The position numbers were made by a program, and so were the translations under genes. Positions 10,285-18,531 of a stretch of DNA of 64,000 nt are shown here, piece by piece. The stretch lies in assembly GCA_027068415.1 (NCBI GenBank), contig JAMOTD010000017.1:3074-67073 (forward strand), read 5' to 3'. A model generated the notes under the pieces. That model was not told the DNA's origin, searched no databases, and was given only the letters and a program-made list of their open reading frames with translations. Source of the DNA: Desulfurobacteriaceae bacterium. GTDB lineage: Bacteria; Aquificota; Aquificia; Desulfurobacteriales; Desulfurobacteriaceae. Within the stretch, counting starts at the first letter, position 1; each line of letters opens with the position of its first letter.

Positions 10285-10547
10285 GCAAATTTGGTGGTTG
10301 ACATTCAGGAGTTTTCAGAGGTGGAAGTTGCTCAGAGAGAGAACCAGAGGTTTGACGTAGCCTCTCTCCTTTCAATTCAATGAGGACCGTTGCCGAGGTG
10401 GTTGAAAGGAGCGAGCAGGTTCCGATTTTAAGGAGGGTTGGGTGTAATGAAGGGCAGGGATTTCTCTTCTCCCCGCCCGTAGAGTTTGAGAAGTTAGCGG
10501 AGCTCCTAAAGAGGGGCTACTTAAAGCCTAAAGGGTTAAGTGATTGA
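10285..10547 (+). pseudogene. 3' remnant of an EAL-domain (c-di-GMP phosphodiesterase) gene, frameshifted and 5'-truncated
   Basis: Read by hand: ...VVDIQEFSEV...NQRFDVASLLSIQ (frame of ORF 10198..10383), then a frame change to MRTVAEVVERSEQVPILRRVGCNEGQGFLFSPPVEFEKLAELL. This is the AEGVE...lGc..~QGy.fs.P end of EAL domains. No upstream EAL sequence is present. Confidence 0.5.
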
Positions 10548-11075
10548 GGAGAGCTCCCTTACAATCTCCTCAACGTCCTCCTTTCTTACCTCCTTCCTCG
10601 TTGCAAAGTCTTCAACCCTTCCCGAGAGCCAGAAGAGGTACTGAGCCTCCTTAAAGTTCTTCCTTACTTTGCCCCTCATGACAGGCCTAAAGTACCCTAT
10701 TGGCCTGCTCCACAGGGTTACGTCCTCTGAGCCACACTTCTCGCAGGCCGTTTTCCTCCCCACCATCTTGTGGCCGCAGGAGTTGCACGTTGTAAGGAAG
10801 GGGGTTTTTGTTAGGTACTGAATGGGGAAGTTCTTGATTATTGAGAAGATTAACCTCTCCTGCTCCTCCGGCTTCATCTCCTCTGCAGTAAAGAGGTGCA
10901 TTATGCTTCCGCCGGTTGCGTAGCTCTGGAAGTGGGAGTTGACGTCAATCTGTTTCAGAAGGTCTCCCTCCTGGAAGGGAGCCTGAAAGCCCGAGGTAAG
11001 GAATACCCTTCCGGTGCTCGGGTCTCCTCCGACGAAGATTTTTGCCTTTACCTTTTTCTCACTAACGGCTTTCAT
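10536..11075 (-). CDS. nrdD: Anaerobic ribonucleoside-triphosphate reductase, C-terminal piece (Zn ribbon plus glycyl-radical domain)
   Basis: YATGGSIMHLF, CNSCGH...CEKCGS zinc ribbon, and glycyl-radical-like SRPIGYFRPV. Likely start is ATG 11075 (MKAVSEKK) preceded by GGAGGT, overlapping the stop of the upstream piece. Confidence 0.8.
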   Translation of the reverse strand: MKAVSEKKVKAKIFVGGDPSTGRVFLTSGFQAPFQEGDLLKQIDVNSHFQSYATGGSIMHLFTAEEMKPEEQERLIFSIIKNFPIQYLTKTPFLTTCNSCGHKMVGRKTACEKCGSEDVTLWSRPIGYFRPVMRGKVRKNFKEAQYLFWLSGRVEDFATRKEVRKEDVEEIVRELSSIT

Positions 11076-14000
11076 CTTTAACCTCCACCCTCTCAAAGAG
11101 GTTCTCTCCAAACTTGGTTATCGCTTCCTTAATAAATAGGTTTAGGTACGGGTCTTTTGAGATTTCGGGCTTCCTTTGGCCGTTTAAGACCTCCGCAAGG
11201 GCGTTTGCAAAGGCAATATCCTTCTCTGCCATTCTGCAGGCAGCGTTTTCACTGGGAGCGTACTCAAGGGAGTAGAGGACTTTATCCCTCTCCATAAACT
11301 GGTGGAGCTTCTTGTAGAGGTACTGGGCAATCCGGTGGGCGTACTCCTTGGCCTCGTCGTTAAAGAGGCCATCCTTAAAGCCGGCGTTTACCATTCCCTC
11401 GTGGACTCCTACCACCGAGAAGATGTTAAAGAGTGAGCGGTCGTCCTTCTGGTAGAAGGAGAGGTAGGGGAAGAGGTCTTTCCAGTGTTTCCTGAGCCAC
11501 TCTCTCTTCCTCTGGAGAGCTTTTGCCCCTATCTCCATAGTGTAGTCAATCATTCTCTTTAGGAATTCAAAGTCGTCTTTGGCCAAGAAGAGGAGCCTGT
11601 TGAGGTTGATTGCGTAAACGCCGATTCCCCCGACTCCGCTGCCCGAGTGGAAGGGGTTTGAGCCGGTTACCGCCTCAACCTGAGAGATGTCAAAGAGCAT
11701 TCGGCAGTTAAAGCTCACAATGCCGTTGGCCAAGATGAATGTCTCGTTGTCCTCAACCTCTATGTCAAGGTAGGTTTTCGGCTCTTTCAGTGTTCTCTCC
11801 TCAACAGATTCTACCTTGATAATTTCAACGTCCCACTCCCGGTAGTCTTTAATGGCTCCGCTATCTAACCGGTACTTCCTGATAAATTCCTCGGATACCG
11901 TAGGAGTTTTTATGTAGCTCCTGTTTCCTGAAGGGGTAACTACCGACTTTTCTCTGATAAGCGTAGAGGGAACCAGGCTGTAGCAGGAAGACTTTGTAGG
12001 TTTGGATAGTTTAAGGGTCTGAGAGTTCTCCCTTACCCTGAGTGTGTGTCTTATTCCGTGGGCCCACAGCAGGGATGAGAGCTCTCTTATTAAGGACTCG
12101 TCGTTTACGTGGAGCTCCGTATGCCCGCCTCTGGTGTAGCCGTCTCCGTCAATAAATCCCTTTAAGAAGGATTCTACAACCGACTTGGGAGAGCTCTTTA
12201 AGGCCGGCGGAATCTCAGCGTACTTAACTACCCCGTTTTTGAGGAGGAACTCTCCGAGTGCCCTTCCGTATATCCAGAGCTGGACGGAGCTCTCCTTACC
12301 CTGCCACTTTTCGGTGTAGTAGTTTGTTGAGGAAATTTTGTCCCCGAAGTACTTAAGGGCTATCTCCCCGGCCTTTTTGAGCTTATCCCTCTCCTTTAAG
12401 CCGGCTGTTAAGACTATTCCGTTAACCTTTTCCCTGTTTCGGGAGTCCTTTATAAAACACCCTTCGGCGTAGAAGTACCCGAAAAACCAGGCAATCTCTT
12501 CGTTTAACGGAGTTCCGTCTGAAAGTTTTTCGTAGTTCTCGGCCTCGGAGAGAGCTCTCTTAATGCTCAAACCAAAGTCTCCCGGCCTTACTTCGCAGGC
12601 CGGTTTCCAAGTGATTCTCTTCTCCTCGGGGGAGAATACGGCCACCCTGTGGCTCGGGTCGCAGGTCATCTCAAAGCCGTTTCTGAATTTAATCTTTACT
12701 TCCTTCTTTGAGCTGATTTGTAGGAGTTTGGTTATTTTCTTCTTCTCAATCTTTCCCGTTTTCGGGTTGATGGAGGGAACAGAAAGGCCTTTAACTTCCC
12801 ACCACTTCTCCGAGCTCCCCTGCGAAATGACTCTGCCTGTAAACTTTTCCTTAATTTCCCGAAGAGTTATCCAGTCGGGGAGCTCCTTTCCTTCGGTATA
12901 AACAAATAGCTTCGTTTCGGGGTCTAAGCAGCAGTTAGAGTAAATCATTCCCTCGTCAAAGGGCTTTATGAAGGGGTTTTTCTCCTTGTACTTTGAGGGC
13001 TTTGTGAAGGGCTCTTTAAGGTAGTTCTGAACGTAGAAGCCCCCGAAGTACTCGCTCTCTTTAAGTAAGAGTTTCCAGGCAGGGTTATTCCTGTCAAAGT
13101 CCTCTGTAATGTTTACCGTAATCAGGGGGAAGGTGAAGGGGTTTCCGTCGGCGTCTCCCCGCCTCATTGCCTTTATAAAGGCGGTATTAATCCTGTCAAA
13201 GTAGTGGGGAGGGATTTTCTCGTAGGTTATGTCAAGGAATTTTCCTGCATAAACGACCGGCTCGTACCTCAGGCGGCTGTTGGGCTTTCCGAAGTCAAGG
13301 GTGATGTTTGAGAAGGGGGAGTTCCCGCTTCTGAAAGGTAAGTTGATGTTGTAGAGGAACTCCTGCCAGAGGTTCTCAAGCTCGTAGTCCGAGTAGCTCT
13401 TCCTCCCCTCCTTTTCAAGGTAGTAGAGGTAGCCTGCCGCAACTGTTGAGAGGTCGTTTAGGGAAGTTGCCCCGGAAACCTCCTGAGCAATGAGGCAAAT
13501 CAGGTTTGCACACTGCATAAAGAGGGTTTCAAGCCTCTTGGGAGGAGCCGCCCTCCTTTCGTTCTTTGCGTTGCTCTGAAGCCCATAGAAGGCAATGTCT
13601 TTAGCCGAAAGACCTATGCAGTTGTGAACCCAAAGGTTGTGGAGAACGAAGGTGTGGGATTCGGTGGTAATGTCGTATACAAACTCGTACTCAGAGAGCG
13701 TCAGCTCGTTTTCGATTCTCCTTACCGATTGGACGCTGACCCAGTCGTTTACTCTGTAGAACTCGTTGTCTCCTATTCCTCTTTCCCTCTTCCACTCTAC
13801 TGCCCTTTTGAACTTTTCGCTGGGGAGCGTCTCATAACCCTGTTTGTAGGTGAACATTACGCCGTAAAGAGGGCGCCTTTGGGTAATTCCGTACTTGTTG
13901 GTAGTGTTTTTGCACTCTTCAAACCTCATTGCGGGCGGGTAGCCGAGAATCTGGAAGATGTAGGAGAGCTGGTAAGTCAGCTTGGGGGAGGAGAGCCTGA

Positions 14001-15102
14001 GGGAAATTTGGCCGTGGGCGTTGAGGGTTCCATCCCCGTCAAGTAGGCCTGCAACGATTCCCTTTAAGAACTCTTTTGAGTACCTGAGAATTCGGGGGGA
14101 GAGGCTCTTTTGGGGAGCTCTCCCGTAGGATACAAAGTTTTTTAGAAAGGCTATGAAAGCCCTGTTCGGAACTGAGAGGGCGTAGCCATTCTCGGCTTTT
14201 CCGATTGAGGAGTAGACGCCGCACTCCTTAAAGAGGATTTTCTGGAGCTTTTCTAAGGTTTTTTTCTCTTTCTGGACTATTGAGATTGAGGAGGGGATTC
14301 CGCCGGAAGTTTTTACGTAGCCTTCGGCGAGGAAGAAACCGATAAAGTAGCCGAGCTCCTCTGAGAGCTTTACCCTCCTCTTCATTCCGTTAAGGTTTGA
14401 GTTTTCTGAAGGCTTTAGGATTACGAAGTCTTCGGTAATCAGGAGGCCCTCTTCCTCAATGAGCTCTGCCGCGTCAACCTCTTCTACTTTAAATAGGTAG
14501 TCTTTTAAGAAGGGGGCAACTTCAACCCTAAACTGTTTGTCCTCAAAAGGAAGGAGCTCTTGGGCGGGCTTTGCATCTCTATCCTTATCCTCTCCCACTA
14601 TACAGGGATGGTCGGCCGTTACCTCAACCATCTCCCCCATTCGGGTTTTAACCACTACGATGTCCTTCTCCCTTCTCTTCTTTGTAATCCTCAAAAGCCT
14701 CGTCCAGCCCTTCCTGTCAAGTACGAAAATTTCCCTATTTGAAAGCTCCTTCTGGTAAACCTCCTTCTCCTCGTCAACTAAAATTTCCTCTTCCGGCAGG
14801 CTCTCGTAGAGCTCCTCAAAGGAGAGGAGCTTGACCTCGTCTCCCTCCCTGACTATTAGCTGGTTAACCGGTGAGTAGGAGTAGGCGCTGAGGCGGTAGG
14901 TTTGATGGTGGTAGGCCCAGCCCTCCTCGTGGTGGATTCTGACCGGGAGGCCCTTGTAGATAACGTCAAAGAGGTAGTCTTTCATAACTTCGCCTACTAC
15001 AACGTGCTCAAGGACGGGAACTCCCCGGACGAAGTTTGCGTTGTTCCTTGAGATGTCGTCGTTGTCTATGAAGAGTTCTATCAGCTTGAAGTACTTGTTC
15101 AT
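11062..15102 (-). CDS. nrdD: Anaerobic ribonucleoside-triphosphate reductase, N-terminal piece, interrupted by two inteins
   Basis: The extein reads ...RIHHEEGWAYHHQTYRLSAY|CIGLSAKDIAFYGL...AAPPKRLETLF...IAQEVSGA...YSNC|CRMLFD...EYAPSENAACRMAEKD. Likely start is ATG 15102 (MNKYFKL), in an ATGA overlap with the nrdG stop. Confidence 0.85.
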   Translation of the reverse strand: MNKYFKLIELFIDNDDISRNNANFVRGVPVLEHVVVGEVMKDYLFDVIYKGLPVRIHHEEGWAYHHQTYRLSAYSYSPVNQLIVREGDEVKLLSFEELYESLPEEEILVDEEKEVYQKELSNREIFVLDRKGWTRLLRITKKRREKDIVVVKTRMGEMVEVTADHPCIVGEDKDRDAKPAQELLPFEDKQFRVEVAPFLKDYLFKVEEVDAAELIEEEGLLITEDFVILKPSENSNLNGMKRRVKLSEELGYFIGFFLAEGYVKTSGGIPSSISIVQKEKKTLEKLQKILFKECGVYSSIGKAENGYALSVPNRAFIAFLKNFVSYGRAPQKSLSPRILRYSKEFLKGIVAGLLDGDGTLNAHGQISLRLSSPKLTYQLSYIFQILGYPPAMRFEECKNTTNKYGITQRRPLYGVMFTYKQGYETLPSEKFKRAVEWKRERGIGDNEFYRVNDWVSVQSVRRIENELTLSEYEFVYDITTESHTFVLHNLWVHNCIGLSAKDIAFYGLQSNAKNERRAAPPKRLETLFMQCANLICLIAQEVSGATSLNDLSTVAAGYLYYLEKEGRKSYSDYELENLWQEFLYNINLPFRSGNSPFSNITLDFGKPNSRLRYEPVVYAGKFLDITYEKIPPHYFDRINTAFIKAMRRGDADGNPFTFPLITVNITEDFDRNNPAWKLLLKESEYFGGFYVQNYLKEPFTKPSKYKEKNPFIKPFDEGMIYSNCCLDPETKLFVYTEGKELPDWITLREIKEKFTGRVISQGSSEKWWEVKGLSVPSINPKTGKIEKKKITKLLQISSKKEVKIKFRNGFEMTCDPSHRVAVFSPEEKRITWKPACEVRPGDFGLSIKRALSEAENYEKLSDGTPLNEEIAWFFGYFYAEGCFIKDSRNREKVNGIVLTAGLKERDKLKKAGEIALKYFGDKISSTNYYTEKWQGKESSVQLWIYGRALGEFLLKNGVVKYAEIPPALKSSPKSVVESFLKGFIDGDGYTRGGHTELHVNDESLIRELSSLLWAHGIRHTLRVRENSQTLKLSKPTKSSCYSLVPSTLIREKSVVTPSGNRSYIKTPTVSEEFIRKYRLDSGAIKDYREWDVEIIKVESVEERTLKEPKTYLDIEVEDNETFILANGIVSFNCRMLFDISQVEAVTGSNPFHSGSGVGGIGVYAINLNRLLFLAKDDFEFLKRMIDYTMEIGAKALQRKREWLRKHWKDLFPYLSFYQKDDRSLFNIFSVVGVHEGMVNAGFKDGLFNDEAKEYAHRIAQYLYKKLHQFMERDKVLYSLEYAPSENAACRMAEKDIAFANALAEVLNGQRKPEISKDPYLNLFIKEAITKFGENLFERVEVKDESR
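11707..12930 (-). mobile_element. Intein 2 of NrdD (408 aa) with LAGLIDADG homing-endonuclease domain
   Basis: Starts CLDPETKLFVYTEG and ends ILANGIVSFN followed by +1 Cys. LAGLIDADG motifs IAWFFGYFYAEGCF and FLKGFIDGDGYT. Removing it restores NCCRM(L), which matches my recollection of the NrdD NCCRL segment. Confidence 0.8.
13621..14880 (-). mobile_element. Intein 1 of NrdD (420 aa) with LAGLIDADG homing-endonuclease domain, Ser at position 1
   Basis: Starts SYSPVNQLIVREG (block A spacing as in VMA-type inteins). Has a TxxH block (VTADHP). LAGLIDADG motifs LGYFIGFFLAEGYV and FLKGIVAGLLDGDGTL. Ends FVLHNLWVHN followed by +1 Cys. Confidence 0.75.
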
Positions 15103-15755
15103 TCCTCCTCCACGGGGTAAAACGGGTTTACCTGGTGTGGAAGAGATTTTAGACACTCCCTGATGAGTGCGATTTCCTCCTCTTTCAGAAGGGGGTACTT
15201 AACGGTTCGGAGGATTGTGTAGGGCAGGGAATATCTCTTTATCACCTCTATTGTTATTTTTACTCTTTTGGAATAGTTATAAACTGCTGAAGGGTCTAAA
15301 CTTTTGTTTGAAAATAGAATTCTCCTAAAGCGTTCAAGCTGGTCGGGGGTGTACTCATCAAGGAGGGGAATTTTTACGTCAAGGGCTACTCCGTCTATTA
15401 ATCCATTTTCGGCCAGTTTTTCAACCCTTTCGGGGAGGGTTCCGTTTGTATCAACCCTTACTGGAAAGCCCTCCTCCTTTATCAGTTTGAGCCCTTCCTC
15501 CAGCCTCTCCTCTAAGGTGGGTTCTCCTCCCGAAACGATTATCAGCTCAACTCCTAAGAGCTTAAGCATTTGGAGTTTTTCCCTCAGCTCTTCCTCTTTA
15601 AAGAACTCCTCCTTTCCCCTGAAGGCGTGGCGGTTATGACACTGATAGCAGTTGAGGTTGCACTGGTGGATTTTTGTATAAAGGAGTGCTGAGAAAACTC
15701 CCGGGTGGTCGTTAAAAGTGGTGGGAATCTCAACTTTCAGGAAGGGGGTCTCCAT
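15099..15755 (-). CDS. nrdG: Anaerobic RNR activating protein (radical SAM)
   Basis: CNLNCYQCHN CxxxCxxC cluster motif, SGGEPTL, and position directly upstream of nrdD with an ATGA overlap. Confidence 0.85.
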   Translation of the reverse strand: METPFLKVEIPTTFNDHPGVFSALLYTKIHQCNLNCYQCHNRHAFRGKEEFFKEEELREKLQMLKLLGVELIIVSGGEPTLEERLEEGLKLIKEEGFPVRVDTNGTLPERVEKLAENGLIDGVALDVKIPLLDEYTPDQLERFRRILFSNKSLDPSAVYNYSKRVKITIEVIKRYSLPYTILRTVKYPLLKEEEIALIRECLKSLPHQVNPFYPVEEE

Positions 15756-15796
15756 AGTTCACCTGTTAAACGGTTTGTGAGAATAATATATGACTC

Positions 15797-15822
15797 TAAA
15801 AGAGGGGAGACCCGAAGGCCTC
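15797..15822 (-). terminator. Candidate intrinsic terminator downstream of metE
   Basis: On the minus strand, GAGGCC-TTCG-GGTCTC hairpin followed by CCCTCTTTT. Confidence 0.4.
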
Positions 15823-15843
15823 CGTCGGGGTTGGGTCGGTTCT

Positions 15844-18003
15844 TTATTGTTCTTCTTTCCTGAGTTTTCGGGCAAGTCTTACCAGGTTCCTTAAGGCGGG
15901 GATTACCTCTTCCCAGCGCCTCGTCTTCAAACCGCAGTCGGGGTTAACCCAGAACTTCTCTTTTGGAATTACCCTGAGAGCTCTCTCAACAATCTCGGCC
16001 ATCTCCTCAACCGAGGGGACGTAAGGGGTGTGAATGTCCCAGACTCCCAGACCTATCTGCCTGTCAAAGTTAACCTTTTCAAAGGCTTCAATTATGTCCC
16101 CCTTGGAGCGGGTGGCCTCAATTGAGATAACGTCAAAATCCATCTGGAGTATGTACTCCATAATCTCGCCGAACTCGGAGTAGCACATGTGGGTGTGGAT
16201 TTGGGTTTCGGGCTTTACACAGCTGTGGCAGAGCCTGAAGGCCTTTACCGCCCAGTCAAAGTACTCGTCCCACTCCCTCTTCTTTAGGGGGGCCTTCTCC
16301 CTTATCGCCGGCTCGTCTATCTGGACGATTTTTATCCCCTCCTTCTCGTAGTCGGCAATTTCATCTTTCAGGGCAAGGGCAATCTGGTATGCAACTTCCC
16401 TTATAGGAATGTCTTCCCTTACAAAGCTCCAGGCTATTATCGTTGTGGGTCCGGTCAGCATTCCCTTTACGGGCTTCTCTGTAAGGCTCTGGGCAAAGGC
16501 AATCTCCTTAACCGTCATTTGGCCGTCCCTTTCAACGTCTCCGTAGATAATCGGAGGCCTGTAGCACCTTGTTCCGTAGGAGATTACCCAGCCGTTTCCG
16601 GTTGTTGCTATTCCCTTCATCTTCTCTGCAAAGAACTCAACCATGTCGCTGCGCTCAAACTCCCCGTGAACGAGAACGTCAAGGCCGAGCTCCTTCTGAA
16701 TCTCTATCGCCTTTGCTATCTCGCCCCTTATGAATGTCTCGTAGTCCTCCTGAGAGAGCTTCCCTTTCTTGTAGAAGAGCCTAACTCTTCTAACCTCTTC
16801 CGTCTGGGGGAAGGAGCCGATTGTCGTTGTTGGGAAAAGGGGAAGGTTTAAGACCTCTTTCTGAATCTTTTCCCTCTCGGGGTAGGCCGGTCTCCTTACG
16901 AAGTCCTCCTCCTTTAAGGAGGCCACCCTTTCCCTTACCCTTTTAATCTCTCCGAAGGAGCTCTCAAGCCCTTCTACCCACTCTTTCGCCCTCTCCTCTT
17001 TGCCCTGTAGGAGCTCTGCCAAAAGGCTCAGCTCCTCCAACTTCTCCTGTGCAAAGGCAACCTTCTTTAAGAGTTCCTGGGGCAGAGTAGCTCCGGAGAG
17101 GCTTACGGGAAGGTGGAAGAGGGGAGCGGCGTTGGTTATTACGGTTTTAAACCTGCCTGAGAGCTCTTTTAGAACTCGGGCGGTTTTAAAGAGGTCGTTT
17201 CTCCAGACGTTCCTTCCGTCAACAACCCCCGCAAAGAGGGTTTTGTCGCTCTCAATCTCCTTTAACTGTTTAAGGTTCCCCCCTCCGTCGTGGATGAGGT
17301 CAACTCCGACTCCGCTTACCGGGAGCTCAAAAACTTCACTCAGCCTGTCCACTCCCGCGTAGTAGGTAAAGAGGTTTATCGGGATTTCCGCTTTTGAGAG
17401 CTCCCGGTAGACCTCCTTTAAAACCTCCCACTCCTTGTCTGAGAGCTCTAATGCCAGTGCCGGCTCGTCAATGTGGAGGCTCTTAAACTCCATCTCCTTT
17501 GCAAACTGAACCGTTAGGCGGGCAACCTCCAGTACCCTCTCCTTAAACTCCTCTTCCTTAACCTCTTTAGAGAGCTTTACGAAGGTGAAGGGGCCGATTA
17601 GGTAGGCGTTTTCCTCTCCCTTTTTCCACTTGGGGTAGGGGAGGTTTGAGAGGGAGAGCTCTTTTCCGGAAAAGTCGGGAACGAGGTAGTGGTAGTTGGT
17701 GTTAAACCACTTCTTCATCTGGAGGGCGTTTTTGCCCCTGCAGAGCTCAAAGTAGTCGGGGAGGCTTTCGGCCCTGTAGAGGCCGAAGAGGACTGCCTGG
17801 TCAACCATGTGGTCGTAGAGGGTCATCTCTGAACTCGGGTGGCCGCCGACTCTGGCGTAGGCCTCCTCCCTCTTTTTGTTGAGCTCCTCAATTCCCTTAA
17901 GGAGCTCCCCTTCTGTCAGCTTTCCCGACCAGTAGCCCTCTACCAGTCTCTTAAACTCCCTGTTCTTCCCGAGCCTCGGGAAGCCGTAAGCGTAGGTTTT
18001 CAT
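15844..18003 (-). CDS. metE: Cobalamin-independent methionine synthase
   Basis: MKTYAYGFPRLGKNREFK N-terminus and two Meth_synt halves (TTTIGSFPQT, HTHMCYS, NPDCGLKTR). ATG 18003 is preceded by GGAGGT. The longer listed ORF extension runs through the leader RNA. Confidence 0.9.
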   Translation of the reverse strand: MKTYAYGFPRLGKNREFKRLVEGYWSGKLTEGELLKGIEELNKKREEAYARVGGHPSSEMTLYDHMVDQAVLFGLYRAESLPDYFELCRGKNALQMKKWFNTNYHYLVPDFSGKELSLSNLPYPKWKKGEENAYLIGPFTFVKLSKEVKEEEFKERVLEVARLTVQFAKEMEFKSLHIDEPALALELSDKEWEVLKEVYRELSKAEIPINLFTYYAGVDRLSEVFELPVSGVGVDLIHDGGGNLKQLKEIESDKTLFAGVVDGRNVWRNDLFKTARVLKELSGRFKTVITNAAPLFHLPVSLSGATLPQELLKKVAFAQEKLEELSLLAELLQGKEERAKEWVEGLESSFGEIKRVRERVASLKEEDFVRRPAYPEREKIQKEVLNLPLFPTTTIGSFPQTEEVRRVRLFYKKGKLSQEDYETFIRGEIAKAIEIQKELGLDVLVHGEFERSDMVEFFAEKMKGIATTGNGWVISYGTRCYRPPIIYGDVERDGQMTVKEIAFAQSLTEKPVKGMLTGPTTIIAWSFVREDIPIREVAYQIALALKDEIADYEKEGIKIVQIDEPAIREKAPLKKREWDEYFDWAVKAFRLCHSCVKPETQIHTHMCYSEFGEIMEYILQMDFDVISIEATRSKGDIIEAFEKVNFDRQIGLGVWDIHTPYVPSVEEMAEIVERALRVIPKEKFWVNPDCGLKTRRWEEVIPALRNLVRLARKLRKEEQ

Positions 18004-18169
18004 GGGTTTACCTCCTGCGGCGTTTTTGTTTAAACGCCTGCAGGCGGTTCTTGAGGCGGGAAAAAGAGGAGGCAAAAAAGACAAAAGTAGCCCCTTCTCC
18101 TTTCCCGCGTCCCGAACCCCCGCAGGACGCGAAGGGGCAGGCTTTCGCCCGCCCATCTCGGGCCGGTCT

Positions 18170-18332
18170 CCCGGCTCGCAGGCTTCTTTTGTGCCGTAAA
18201 CCTTCCCGGAGCGGTGGCTCTTAACCTCTCCGCTCCAGTGGTTTACAGCCTTTTTAATGCCTGCTCACGGTTGCGAGGACAGCGCCGGACTTTCACCGGA
18301 CTTCCCGTTCACCCGAGACGGGGCAATTTTAG
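18170..18332 (-). promoter_or_regulatory. Cobalamin (B12) riboswitch in the metE leader
   Basis: The minus strand reads ...GGGTGAACGGGAAGTCCGGTGAAAGTCCGGCGCTGTCCTCGCAACCGTGAGC...GAGCCACCGCTCCGGGAAGG. This covers the conserved core and a B12-box-like GCCAC(C)G element, upstream of a B12-independent methionine synthase. Confidence 0.8.
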
Positions 18333-18345
18333 TTATTTTTCTCTC

Positions 18346-18450
18346 CTAAGAGAAGGGGAGCTTTCTGTGGAGTTTTTCAAGCTGGTACCAGAAAAAGGCT
18401 AATAGGACTGCTATTGTTGTTATTTCCCCCAGGAAAAAGAGGTCCGGCAT
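18346..18450 (-). CDS. Candidate 34-aa single-TM peptide (not in ORF track)
   Basis: GGGGGA-acc-ATG. Translation: MPDLFFLGEITTIAVLLAFFWYQLEKLHRKLPFS. Paralogous to the ORF at 18532..18627. Confidence 0.35.
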   Translation of the reverse strand: MPDLFFLGEITTIAVLLAFFWYQLEKLHRKLPFS

Positions 18451-18531
18451 GGTTCCCCCGTAATTAGAGTTTAATGGATTCATTATACAAAACGAAAATT
18501 TAGTTCTGAAACTCCTTCCCGGGGCTTTCGG

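Noticed and set aside
15103-15156. 18-codon upstream extension of nrdD overlapping the nrdG 3' end
   Set aside because: ATG 15102 forms an ATGA stop-start overlap with nrdG and is preceded by GGAGGAGG. The extension has no NrdD similarity.
18002-18402. Plus-strand ORFs 18002..18199 and 18214..18402, and the 51-codon N-terminal extension of metE (18004..18156)
   Set aside because: All of them overlap the cobalamin riboswitch and leader RNA. metE has a much better start at 18003 (GGAGGT, then 6 nt, then ATG), and its homology begins at MKTYAYGFPRLG.
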